A stretch of 64,000 nucleotides of DNA from Alphaproteobacteria bacterium. GTDB taxonomy: Bacteria > Pseudomonadota > Alphaproteobacteria > SMXP01. The first letter of the stretch is position 1, and the number at the start of each line of letters is the position of its first letter. The notes beneath the pieces are model-generated. The model saw only the letters and a list, made by a program, of their open reading frames with translations, made no database searches and was not told where the DNA came from. A program made the translations under genes and the position numbers. The stretch covers positions 16,995-80,994 of the forward strand of contig CBDFKK010000002.1 in assembly GCA_965248815.1 (NCBI GenBank). Direction: 5' to 3'. Positions 1-9,240 of this stretch are shown in pieces.

Positions 1-88
1 GATCTCGCCGTAATTGTTCGAACCGCACTGGGCTTGGGAAACAAACACTGCTTTGCAAAAGCGAGCCGTCTGAGAAAACGGGTGCCAC

Positions 89-1072
89 ATGCCGATACTG
101 GTAACCGGATCAGCCGGATTTATTGGGTATCACGTTGCAAAGTCGTTATTGACCCGTGACGTCGAGGTTGTCGGCATAGATTCTTTGAATGATTATTATT
201 CTCCGGCGCTCAAAGAAGCCCGCCTCAAGCAATTACGTCAGCATCCGAATTTTCGATTTGAAAAGATCGATATTTTGCGGACCTTGCTGCGCTAAACCGC
301 ATTAATTACTCAAACTAAGCCAAACGTTATTGTGCACTTAGCCGCTCAAGCTGGAGTGCGATATTCCTTGGAAAACCCTGATGCCTATATTCGGTCAAAC
401 CTGATCGGGACCATGCAGCAATTTCTTGAGTGCTGCAGACATGCGAAGGATTTTGAACATCTCATCTACGCTTCTAGTAGCTCGGTATATGGTGGTAACA
501 CGAAAGTACCCTTCGCAGAAACAGACCCCGTTGATTGTCCGGTTTCCCTTTATGCGGCAACAAAAAAGGCGGATGAGTTACTATCTCATTCTTATTCTCA
601 TCTTTACGGTCTAAGGCAGTCAGGTTTGCGGTTCTTCACCGTTTATGGCCCTTGGGGACGGCCAGACATGGCCTATTGGAAATTCACTGACGCAATTTTG
701 AACGATCGGCCTATTGACGTATTCAACGATGGAGATATGAAACGAGACTTCACTTTTATAGATGATGTCATAGACGGAATTCTTAAGTTGATTGAAAAAG
801 GTCCAATGCATGAGCCAGATCGTGCACCCCATATGGTTTACAATATAGGTAATAATCAGTCAGAGCCTTTGATGCGAATGATTGAAATTCTGGAGAAGGC
901 GATTGGCAAAAAAGCACAAAAGAATTTTAAGCCGATGCAGCCGGGAGACGTCAAAGAAACATTTGCAGATATCTCGCGCAGTCAACACAATTTTGGCTAT
1001 GCGCCAAATATTAGGATTGATGAAGGGCTGCCAAGGTTTGTCGCATGGTTTAAAGATTTTTACGACAAATAG
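89..1072 (+). pseudogene. NAD-dependent nucleotide-sugar epimerase (UDP-glucuronate 4-epimerase-like, extended SDR) interrupted by an in-frame TAA at 293-295
   Basis: ORFs 89-295 and 332-1072 are in the same frame and separated by a single TAA. N-terminal Rossmann motif VTGSAGFIGYHV. Epimerase core motifs SSVYGG and YAATKKADE. Sits directly upstream of the ISA right end at 1098. Confidence 0.6.
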
Positions 1073-1158
1073 AGAGTTCGTGCTCTTGAACAACAAGAGA
1101 GGTGGTTCGGTTTGTTTGAACAACTTTCGGACTGCGGATAAGTGGATTTCAGCCCCTG

Positions 1159-1632
1159 TTATGCCGCGACCGGGATTGGTTGCAGCACGTTGAAGTAAGC
1201 CTGATCGGGTGTCTGGCGGTCAAGCGATGAATGCGGTCTCTTGGTGTTGTAAAAGACCAAATATTTGCCGAGGGCGGCTCGGGCTTGTGGAACATTGCCA
1301 TAGGCATGCAGATAGACCTCCTCGTATTTGACCGTGCGCCACAGCCGTTCAACAAAGACATTGTCCCGCCACGCTCCCTTGCCATCCATGCTGATGGCGA
1401 TTTCAGCATCCTTCAGGATTTGTGTGAAAGCGATGGAGGTAAACTGCGAGCCCTGATCGGTGTTGAAGATGTCCGGCTTACCGTAACGGGCCAGTGCTTC
1501 TTCAACGGCTTCAATGCAAAAGTCTGCTTCCAGTGTGATAGAGAGCCGCCAGGACAGGACACGCCGGCTGAACCAGTCAACCACTGCGGCCAGATAAACA
1601 AAGCCCCGTGCCATTGGAATGTAGGTGATATC
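1159..1632 (-). pseudogene. ISA transposase OrfB, C-terminal fragment (DDE region)
   Basis: Matches OrfB residues from IPMARGFVYLAAVVDW onward. The upstream part is displaced by ISB. Confidence 0.8.
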
Positions 1633-1706
1633 TGTCCGTCATCAGATAAATTGGAACAGATTTCGATTTGAGCAAGCTGAGTCTTTGGCTCATCTGTTGT
1701 TTCAAT

Positions 1707-2687
1707 TTAAGCAGCGGCTTTGCGGTGTTGCAAGCGCCGGTGTTCGATTGTTTTTCGTTTAATCCTTTCTCTTTGCAATAGAATAGTTTGGCCGCGCCCG
1801 AAGTAGACGTCGGCAGGCGTGAGGTTCTTCAGGCTCTCGTGATATCGCTGGTGGTTGTAGTGGCCGACGAAGTCTTCGATCTGCGCTTCCAGGTCGCCAG
1901 GCAGATAATAGTTTTGCAGCAAGATGCGGTTCTTGAGCGTCTGATGCCAACGCTCAATTTTGCCTTGCGTCTGCGGATGATAAGGCGCACCGCGTACATG
2001 CTTCATGCCTTGATCATCCATCCAGTCAGCAAGATCGCCAGCAATATAAGACGGGCCATTGTCGGACAGCAGGCGCGGCTTGTGAACGACATTAACTTGA
2101 TCGAGCCCGGATTCGGCGAGAGCTGCTTCCAGCGTTTCGGTAACGTCCTCAACCCTCATCGTGGTGCAGAGTTTCCACGCAATGATATAGCGCGAGAAGT
2201 CATCCAGGATCGTCGACAGGTAAAACCAGCCCCAGCCGATGACCTTGAGATAGGTGAAGTCTGTCTGCCACATTTGATTTGGCGCCGTGGTCTTGTCTGT
2301 AAACTCGTCAGCCGCCTTGATGACAACAAAGGCTGGGCTGGTGATCAGATCCAGAGCCTTGAGCAGGCGATACACCGAAGCTTCAGATACGAAGTAGCCT
2401 TGCGTATCGGTGAACCTGACAGCCAGCTCGCGCGGCGACAACTCAGGCTCTTCAAGCGCTAGATCAACGATCTTGTCTCGAACGTCATCGGGAATACGGT
2501 TCCATACCCGTCCCGGCTTTGGAGACCGATCTTCCAGCGCTTCCACACCGCCAGTTTGATACTGATCGTACCAGCGATAGAATGTTGTCCGTGGAATGCC
2601 GAGTGTATCCAGCGTGCGTTTAACTGGCAGATGTGATTGCTCAACCAGTCCGATGATCTCGGCCTTCTCGGATGCAGGATATCTCAT
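1707..2687 (-). CDS. ISB transposase OrfB (DDE integrase core)
   Basis: 326 aa. WQTDFTYL, HSDNG.SY and PYHPQTQGKIERWHQTLK motifs of an rve integrase core. Overlaps orfA stop/start (ATGA) in a -1 frame. Confidence 0.8.
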   Translation of the reverse strand: MRYPASEKAEIIGLVEQSHLPVKRTLDTLGIPRTTFYRWYDQYQTGGVEALEDRSPKPGRVWNRIPDDVRDKIVDLALEEPELSPRELAVRFTDTQGYFVSEASVYRLLKALDLITSPAFVVIKAADEFTDKTTAPNQMWQTDFTYLKVIGWGWFYLSTILDDFSRYIIAWKLCTTMRVEDVTETLEAALAESGLDQVNVVHKPRLLSDNGPSYIAGDLADWMDDQGMKHVRGAPYHPQTQGKIERWHQTLKNRILLQNYYLPGDLEAQIEDFVGHYNHQRYHESLKNLTPADVYFGRGQTILLQRERIKRKTIEHRRLQHRKAAA

Positions 2688-3058
2688 TCGATATCCTCCC
2701 CATCCCCGATTATGCTTTTTTTCAGAAGGCGCAGTTCCAACGCTTGTTCGGCAACGACTTCCTTGAGGTCTTGCGCTTCGCGCCGTAAGTCCTTCACCTC
2801 ACCAGTATTAGCGGCCCGCGCCGTATCGCCTGCCAGCCGCTTCTTGCCAGCTTCAAGAAACTCCTTCGACCAGGTGTAATACATGCCCTGAGCGATGCCT
2901 TCCTGACGGCAAAGCTCGGCAATGCTGTCTTCGCCGCGAAGTCCGGCAAGCACAATCCGTATCTTCTCTTCAGCTGAATAGCGTTTGCGCGTCCAGCGGC
3001 GAATATCCTTGACTGTACGTTCCGCAGCTTCTTGATGGCGCACTGTTTTGTCTCTCAT
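2684..3058 (-). CDS. ISB transposase OrfA (IS3-type, leucine-zipper/HTH)
   Basis: 124 aa. YSAEEKIRIVL...SIAELCRQEGI...YYTWSKEF motif typical of IS3-family OrfA. Confidence 0.8.
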   Translation of the reverse strand: MRDKTVRHQEAAERTVKDIRRWTRKRYSAEEKIRIVLAGLRGEDSIAELCRQEGIAQGMYYTWSKEFLEAGKKRLAGDTARAANTGEVKDLRREAQDLKEVVAEQALELRLLKKSIIGDGEDIE

Positions 3059-3144
3059 CGTCCACTCCTCTCGTGTGACGATGGGCCAAAAACTCTCCCT
3101 TACGCAATTCCCTCAATCTGTCCCATGAGTGCTGACGCCGGACA

Positions 3145-3510
3145 GGTGATATCCATCGCCCAGACCTGATTGGGTTGGGTGACCGGCAGCTTACGCAACA
3201 GATAGGGATAGATTTTGTGGCCCGGTGCAGGCTTGGACGTGTTCGGGCGGCGATAAATAGCCTCAAGCCCCATACGCTTCATCAGTGTTGTGACGTGCAG
3301 GCGGCCAACCTTGTATCCTTCACCAAGCAATAGTCCCTGCAGCATCCTGCTGCCTGCAAAGGGATAGTCGAGATGCAATTCATCAATCCGGCGCATCAGT
3401 GCCAGATCACCGACCGATACGGGACGGGGCTGATAATAGACGCTGCCCCGGCTGATCTTGAGCGCCTTGGCCTGACGGCTGAGCGAGAGTTTATGTTTGC
3501 GGTCGATCAT
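3145..3510 (-). pseudogene. ISA transposase OrfB, N-terminal fragment (disrupted by ISB)
   Basis: Matches the first ~120 aa of the 276-aa OrfB of intact copies. The reading frame runs into the ISB end at 3144. Confidence 0.8.
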
Positions 3511-3818
3511 TTTCTTGCGCTCGGCAATCCCGCCTTGGTGAGCGCATCGCCTAAAAAATCATTCTCAAGCGTCAGCTCCCCAATCTTGGCATGGAGCCTC
3601 TTCACATCAACACGGGGTGCAGGCAGCGGTGATTTACCCTCCCGCCCAAAAACACCCGCTGCACCCTCAAGGAGCTGATCTTTCCATTGCTTGATCTGGT
3701 TAGGATGAACATCAAACTGCTGAGCGAGTTCTCCCAATGTCTGCTCACCGCGAACGGCCGCAAGGGCCACCTTCGACTTGAACGCAGGTGTATGATTGCG
3801 ACGTGGTCGTCTTGCCAT
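3507..3818 (-). CDS. ISA transposase OrfA (helix-turn-helix, IS3-type)
   Basis: Identical to the orfA of the other ISA copies. ATG preceded by AGGAG. The ORF track extends it upstream from a GTG. Confidence 0.75.
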   Translation of the reverse strand: MARRPRRNHTPAFKSKVALAAVRGEQTLGELAQQFDVHPNQIKQWKDQLLEGAAGVFGREGKSPLPAPRVDVKRLHAKIGELTLENDFLGDALTKAGLPSARK

Positions 3819-4624
3819 AGTGGATCTCCTGTTGCCGGCGATCATGCCGCCTACAGGCCAAAATTCCACTTATCTCAACTGTGCAGATTTCCCGAGCCAC
3901 CTCTATACAATAAGCCACATTTCTCGGTTCTTTGAAGAAAACGAAAAATCTAGCTTAGTGGATAGTTCGATTTTTTCGGCTAAGTCGTCTTGAGGCTCAT
4001 CATCGGAAAAACAAACTTCGCCTGGACCAATGACGCGGCGTCCCCTGCCAGATTTTCTCACAAGGCGTGGCAACGCCGCGCCCAGGCGCGATAGCCTAAA
4101 CCTCCGAGTCAAGATTTTTCTGACCGGATAACACGTCGGCTCGCCTTTCGCTCCTGGCATGTATAGCGCAGCCAGAGCTTCGCGGCCCGCGCTTGGCGAA
4201 GCCAAAGATCCCGGCTTCTCAAATGTGCCAATTTTTTCTTTTGCGAATTTTCGGCGTGCCCACCCCTGTTTTGATGGCGAGACGCGCATCAACACCCCCG
4301 ATTTACCGGAAGTCAGCTTAGACCGCCATCATGGCGGAAACCAGCGATGACGACATTTTCCGCGTGTTGAGGCTGCGGTGTAACGCGGGGGTATAATCCG
4401 TAAGCCTTTGAATCACTGTATGTTTTTCAGCCACGCCGAAGATTGTCATTGCACCGGCTGACGTCGAGATCGACCCCCGCTCGGGTTTCAACACAGTCCG
4501 GAACAAAAGTGACGACCTGAGCAGGAGATCGCGCCGATTAAGCTGGCCCTTGCGTTGCAAGAACGTGCATGGCAGACACGAAACTCGCAGGACGTAAGCT
4601 TTCAACACATAGGACTCTACCCAT

Positions 4625-5497
4625 ATGACCGCCCCTATTCGCAAAGCTGTCTTTCCCGTGGCGGGTCTGGGCACGCGCTTTCTCCCCGCGACGAAAGCGA
4701 TGCCTAAGGAAATGCTGACAATCGTCGATCGTCCCTTGATTCAATATGTCGTCGAAGAAGCCCTAGCGGCCGGTATTGAGGAATTTATTTTCGTAACAGG
4801 GCGCGGCAAAACCGCACTCGAAGATCATTTTGATGCGGCATTTGAACTTGAGACGACTCTGGAGCAGCGCGGTAAAACTCAAGAGTTAGACAGCCTAAAC
4901 TCATGGCTGCCCCAGGCGGGCAATGTGATTTACACAAGGCAGCAGCATCCGCTTGGTTTGGGCCATGCAGTTTGGTGCGCTCGGCACATCATCGGAGATG
5001 AACCATTTGCTGTGCTACTACCTGATGAAATTGTTCTCCATGATCCGCCTTGTCTGAAGCAAATGGTAGACGCCTATTCAAAGACGGGCGGAAACCTCAT
5101 TGCCGTATTTGATGTGCCACGCGATCAAACCAATCGATACGGTATTCTCGAAATTGCGAGCGAAAATGATGGCCTTGTAGAAGTCAGTGGCTTGATAGAA
5201 AAACCAGACCCCAAGGATGCGCCATCAACGCTAAGTATCACCGGGCGCTATATTTTGCAGCCATCTGTATTTGAACATTTATCAAGACAAGAAAGAGGCA
5301 CGGGTAATGAATTCCAATTGACCGATGCGATAGCTCAAATGATTGGTGAAGCTCCATTTCATGGCTATCGATTTAGTGGAGAACGTCACGATTGCGGAAA
5401 TGTTAAGGGCTTTCTCAAAGCAAACATTGCATTTGCATTAGCAAGAGATGACACCAGACATGATTTAGAAACCTATTTAAAAAGCTTGGCATTGTAA
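4625..5497 (+). CDS. galU: UTP--glucose-1-phosphate uridylyltransferase
   Basis: 290 aa. AVFPVAGLGTRFLPATKAMPKEML N-terminus and overall GalU architecture. Confidence 0.9.
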   Translation: MTAPIRKAVFPVAGLGTRFLPATKAMPKEMLTIVDRPLIQYVVEEALAAGIEEFIFVTGRGKTALEDHFDAAFELETTLEQRGKTQELDSLNSWLPQAGNVIYTRQQHPLGLGHAVWCARHIIGDEPFAVLLPDEIVLHDPPCLKQMVDAYSKTGGNLIAVFDVPRDQTNRYGILEIASENDGLVEVSGLIEKPDPKDAPSTLSITGRYILQPSVFEHLSRQERGTGNEFQLTDAIAQMIGEAPFHGYRFSGERHDCGNVKGFLKANIAFALARDDTRHDLETYLKSLAL

Positions 5498-5586
5498 GAC
5501 AGAGGTGGCTCGGGAAATCTGCACAGTTGAGATAAGTGGAATTTTGGCCTGTAGGCGGCATGATCGCCGGCAACAGGAGATCCACT

Positions 5587-5898
5587 ATGGCAAGACGACC
5601 ACGTCGCAATCATACACCTGCGTTCAAGTCGAAGGTGGCCCTTGCGGCCGTTCGCGGTGAGCAGACATTGGGAGAACTCGCTCAGCAGTTTGATGTTCAT
5701 CCTAACCAGATCAAGCAATGGAAAGATCAGCTCCTTGAGGGTGCAGCGGGTGTTTTTGGGCGGGAGGGTAAATCACCGCTGCCTGCACCCCGTGTTGATG
5801 TGAAGAGGCTCCATGCCAAGATTGGGGAGCTGACGCTTGAGAATGATTTTTTAGGCGATGCGCTCACCAAGGCGGGATTGCCGAGCGCAAGAAAATGA
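5587..5898 (+). CDS. ISA transposase OrfA
   Basis: ATG with AGGAG 7 nt upstream. MARRPRRNHTPAFKSKVALAAVRGEQTLGELAQQF HTH region. Confidence 0.8.
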   Translation: MARRPRRNHTPAFKSKVALAAVRGEQTLGELAQQFDVHPNQIKQWKDQLLEGAAGVFGREGKSPLPAPRVDVKRLHAKIGELTLENDFLGDALTKAGLPSARK

Positions 5899-6725
5899 TC
5901 GACCGCAAACATAAACTCTCGCTCAGCCGTCAGGCCAAGGCGCTCAAGATCAGCCGGGGCAGCGTCTATTATCAGCCCCGTCCCGTATCGGTCGGTGATC
6001 TGGCACTGATGCGCCGGATTGATGAATTGCATCTCGACTATCCCTTTGCAGGCAGCAGGATGCTGCAGGGACTATTGCTTGGTGAAGGATACAAGGTTGG
6101 CCGCCTGCACGTCACAACACTGATGAAGCGTATGGGGCTTGAGGCTATTTATCGCCGCCCGAACACGTCCAAGCCTACACCGGGCCACAAAATCTATCCC
6201 TATCTGTTGCGTAAGCTGCCGGTCACCCAACCCAATCAGGTCTGGGCGATGGATATCACCTACATTCCAATGGCACGGGGCTTTGTTTATCTGGCCGCAG
6301 TGGTTGACTGGTTCAGCCGGCGTGTCCTGTCCTGGCGGCTCTCTATCACACTGGAAGCAGACTTTTGCATTGAAGCCGTTGAAGAAGCACTGGCCCGTTA
6401 CGGTAAGCCGGACATCTTCAACACCGATCAGGGCTCGCAGTTTACCTCCATCGCTTTCACACAAATCCTGAAGGATGCTGAAATCGCCATCAGCATGGAT
6501 GGCAAGGGAGCGTGGCGGGACAATGTCTTTGTTGAACGGCTGTGGCGCACGGTCAAATACGAGGAGGTCTATCTGCATGCCTATGGCAATGTTCCACAAG
6601 CCCGAGCCGCCCTCGGCAAATATTTGGTCTTTTATAACACCAAGAGACCGCATTCATCGCTTGACCGCCAGACACCCGATCAGGCTTACTTCAACGTGCT
6701 GCAACCAATCCCGGTCGCGGCATAA
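5895..6725 (+). CDS. ISA transposase OrfB (DDE, IS407-group-like)
   Basis: 276 aa. Motifs AMDITYIP, NTDQGSQFTS and MDGKGAWRDNVFVERLW. Overlaps the orfA stop by ATGA in a -1 frame. Confidence 0.85.
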   Translation: MIDRKHKLSLSRQAKALKISRGSVYYQPRPVSVGDLALMRRIDELHLDYPFAGSRMLQGLLLGEGYKVGRLHVTTLMKRMGLEAIYRRPNTSKPTPGHKIYPYLLRKLPVTQPNQVWAMDITYIPMARGFVYLAAVVDWFSRRVLSWRLSITLEADFCIEAVEEALARYGKPDIFNTDQGSQFTSIAFTQILKDAEIAISMDGKGAWRDNVFVERLWRTVKYEEVYLHAYGNVPQARAALGKYLVFYNTKRPHSSLDRQTPDQAYFNVLQPIPVAA

Positions 6726-6906
6726 CAGGGGCTGAAATCCACTTATCCGCAGTCCGAAAGTTGTTCAAACAAACCGAACCACCTCTGACATTTACGTTTG
6801 TTAACGTTTGCTAACTAAGCATCAATGAGTTTGTTGATATCAATGCGCTGGCTGAATTTAGCAATAATTGGCGATTGTTCACCGGAAGCTCTGGGAATTA
6901 GTTGTT

Positions 6907-8229
6907 ATGCGCGTAGCTATGATTGGGACCGGTTATGTGGGACTAGTGTCAGGGGCTTGTTTTTCTGACTTTGGCCATGAAGTTATCTGCGTCGACAAAG
7001 ATAAAAATAAGATCGACATGCTCGAACGAGGCGAAATCCCTATCTTCGAGCCGGGACTCGACAAACTTGTCGCAGAAAATGTCAAAGCTGGTCGACTAAA
7101 TTTCACAACCAACCTTGCCGATGCGGTTCCTGAGGCAAACGCTGTCTTCATCGCCGTTGGAACGCCCAGCCGGCGCGGCGACGGACATGCCGATCTATTT
7201 TATGTGTATGCGGCAGCTGCGGAAATAGCCGACACACTCAAAGGCTTTACGGTAATAGTAACAAAATCAACTGTTCCGGTCGGGACTGGGAGAGAAGTTG
7301 AGCGCATCATTCGGGAAAGAAACGCTTCAGCGGATTTTGCCGTGGCGTCAAATCCTGAATTCCTGCGAGAAGGCGCAGCGATCGAAGATTTCAAGCGGCC
7401 CGATCGAATTGTCGTGGGCACCGAAAATGAACGCGCCAGACTGGTAATGAAAGAGCTCTATCGCCCTCTCTATTTGAATGAAACACCCGTTCTATTCACT
7501 GGCCGTGAAACCTCGGAGCTCATCAAATATGCCGGAAACGCTTTTTTGGCTACCAAAATTACCTTTATTAATGAAATTGCCGATCTTTGCGAACAAGTGG
7601 GCGCGGACGTTCAAGATGTCAGCAAGGGAATAGGACTTGACGGACGGATTGGACGAAAGTTCTTGCATGCCGGTCCCGGTTTCGGGGGCTCTTGCTTTCC
7701 GAAAGACACGCTCGCTTTGACCAGGACGGCAAATGAGTTTGGGGTGCCAACAAGAATTGTCGAGGCTGTTGTTGATATAAACCAAGATCGCAAAAAGAGA
7801 ATGGGGCAAAAAATTATTGATGTATGCGGGGGCACCGTTAAGGGGAAAACAATTGCAATACTAGGTTTGACCTTTAAACCAAATACCGATGATATGCGGG
7901 ATAGCCCAAGCCTAGACATTATTCCAATATTACAGAAAGCGGGCGCTAAAATTAGAGCCTTCGATCCTGAAGGAATGGAAGAATCGAAAAAACACCTTGA
8001 TGACATCACCTACGCCAGCAATGCCTATGATGCGATGGAAGGCGCAGATGTAGTCGCTATACTCACAGAATGGAATGAATTCCGTGCATTAGACACCGCT
8101 CGAATAAAGCAGATTCTAAAAGAACCGCTGTTAATAGACTTGCGCAACATTTACAACTTGGAAGAAATGGCCTCGACCGAGATCGAATATCACAGCATTG
8201 GCCGACAACCCATTAAGCCCGGAACTTGA
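6907..8229 (+). CDS. ugd: UDP-glucose 6-dehydrogenase
   Basis: [20 protein letters not shown]-terminus and GGSCFPKD catalytic motif. The ATG at 6907 is preferred over the TTG start of the ORF track. Confidence 0.9.
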   Translation: MRVAMIGTGYVGLVSGACFSDFGHEVICVDKDKNKIDMLERGEIPIFEPGLDKLVAENVKAGRLNFTTNLADAVPEANAVFIAVGTPSRRGDGHADLFYVYAAAAEIADTLKGFTVIVTKSTVPVGTGREVERIIRERNASADFAVASNPEFLREGAAIEDFKRPDRIVVGTENERARLVMKELYRPLYLNETPVLFTGRETSELIKYAGNAFLATKITFINEIADLCEQVGADVQDVSKGIGLDGRIGRKFLHAGPGFGGSCFPKDTLALTRTANEFGVPTRIVEAVVDINQDRKKRMGQKIIDVCGGTVKGKTIAILGLTFKPNTDDMRDSPSLDIIPILQKAGAKIRAFDPEGMEESKKHLDDITYASNAYDAMEGADVVAILTEWNEFRALDTARIKQILKEPLLIDLRNIYNLEEMASTEIEYHSIGRQPIKPGT

Positions 8230-8236
8230 TCCAGCC

Positions 8237-9199
8237 ATGCATGAGACTGAACGAGTGCTAGTAACCGGAGGCGCGGGATTCATCGGGTCCTTCCTCTGCG
8301 AAAAATTACTTGCGTCTGGCTGTGAAGTAATTTGCGCGGACAATTTGTTCACCGGCTCGAGGCAAAATATTGCGGACTTGTTAAATAACTACAACTTCGA
8401 GTTTATGCGTCACGACATAACGTTTCCGCTATACGTCGAAGTCGACCAGATATTCAATTTGGCTTGCCCCGCATCACCAATTCATTATCAGCATGACCCC
8501 GTACAAACGACCAAAACGAGCGTTCACGGCGCTATCAATATGTTGGGTCTTGCGAAACGCACCGGATCAAAAATTCTTCAGGCGTCGACAAGCGAAATTT
8601 ATGGAGACCCTCTCATACATCCACAAACGGAAGATTATTGGGGCAATGTCAATCCGATTGGCAGCCGTGCTTGCTACGATGAAGGCAAAAGGTGCGCCGA
8701 GACATTATTTTTCGATTACAAGCGCCAACACAACTTGAACATTCGAGTCGCTCGCATTTTCAACACCTATGGGCCAAGAATGCACCCAAACGATGGCCGC
8801 GTGGTTTCGAATTTTATTATTCAGGCATTGACTGGGCAGCAATTGACAATATTCGGGAATGGTTCTCAAACACGTTCATTTTGTTTTGTTGCCGATTTAG
8901 TCGATGGCTTGGTCAAATTCATGAATGCAGCTGATCACTTGCAGGGGCCTCTCAATCTCGGAAATCCGGCGGAACTTTCTATTCGAATGCTTGCCGAACA
9001 AATAATTCAAATGGTGGGTTCAAAATCCAAAATCGTCGAAAAACCTTTATCGGAGGACGACCCCAAGCAGCGCCAACCTGACATAAGCACGGCAGAAAGA
9101 GAATTAAGCTGGTCACCCGTCACGTCGCTTGACGATGGTTTAACGGCGACAATTGAATATTTCGAAAAATTACTATCAGAAAAGAATCAGATCAATTAG
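8237..9199 (+). CDS. uxs: UDP-glucuronate decarboxylase (UDP-xylose synthase)
   Basis: [31 protein letters not shown] and YDEGKR motifs characteristic of the UXS/ArnA-decarboxylase branch of extended SDRs. Confidence 0.85.
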   Translation: MHETERVLVTGGAGFIGSFLCEKLLASGCEVICADNLFTGSRQNIADLLNNYNFEFMRHDITFPLYVEVDQIFNLACPASPIHYQHDPVQTTKTSVHGAINMLGLAKRTGSKILQASTSEIYGDPLIHPQTEDYWGNVNPIGSRACYDEGKRCAETLFFDYKRQHNLNIRVARIFNTYGPRMHPNDGRVVSNFIIQALTGQQLTIFGNGSQTRSFCFVADLVDGLVKFMNAADHLQGPLNLGNPAELSIRMLAEQIIQMVGSKSKIVEKPLSEDDPKQRQPDISTAERELSWSPVTSLDDGLTATIEYFEKLLSEKNQIN

Positions 9200-9240
9200 G
9201 GAGCATATTTGGCTTACTTCGGACAACCTGATTGAAAATA

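Larger units (their letters stand above)
1633..3144 (-). mobile_element. ISB copy 1 (IS3 family, 1512 bp) nested in ISA orfB, flanked by 9-bp direct repeat GGTGATATC
   Basis: Termini TGTCCGTCATCAGATAAATTGG... / ...CCGGACA (imperfect inverted repeats, TG...CA). orfA and orfB overlap by ATGA in a -1 frame. The native ISA sequence GTAGGTGATATCCATCG is duplicated at both junctions. Confidence 0.8.
1098..3904 (-). mobile_element. ISA copy 1 (IS3 family, IS407-group-like), interrupted by a nested ISB insertion at 1633-3144
   Basis: Same termini as four other copies (AGAGGTGG...CCACCTCT imperfect inverted repeats). Same orfA. orfB is split into two pieces flanking ISB. The ISA parts total 1295 bp, which equals 1286 plus a 9-bp duplication. 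Confidence 0.85.
5501..6786 (+). mobile_element. ISA copy 2 (1286 bp), flanked by 3-bp direct repeat GAC
   Basis: Termini as in other copies. GAC at 5498-5500 and 6787-6789. One OrfB substitution (SKPTPGHK) compared with the other copies. Confidence 0.9.

Noticed and set aside
3903-4295. 130-aa minus-strand ORF at the ISA copy 1 left boundary
   Set aside because: Initiates beside the IS end, is Arg/Gly-rich, and has no motif. The region is treated as non-coding leader instead.
6072-6653. Long antisense ORFs inside every ISA copy (193-aa MRSLGVIKDQ..., 110-aa MRLFIAART..., 101-aa MQFINPAHQ..., and their equivalents in the other copies and in the ISA fragments)
   Set aside because: They lie opposite the transposase frames, which have clear DDE and HTH motifs. 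They are Arg/Pro-rich and low in complexity. They recur only because the IS copies are identical. The same reasoning applies to the antisense ORFs 1788-2462 and 57363-57929 in ISB.
5498-6789. Attempt to pair 3-bp flanks of different ISA copies to reconstruct specific inversions or deletions
   Set aside because: With 3-bp flanks, chance matches are too frequent. The only robust statement is that copy 2 has GAC/GAC and the other four copies have discordant flanks.
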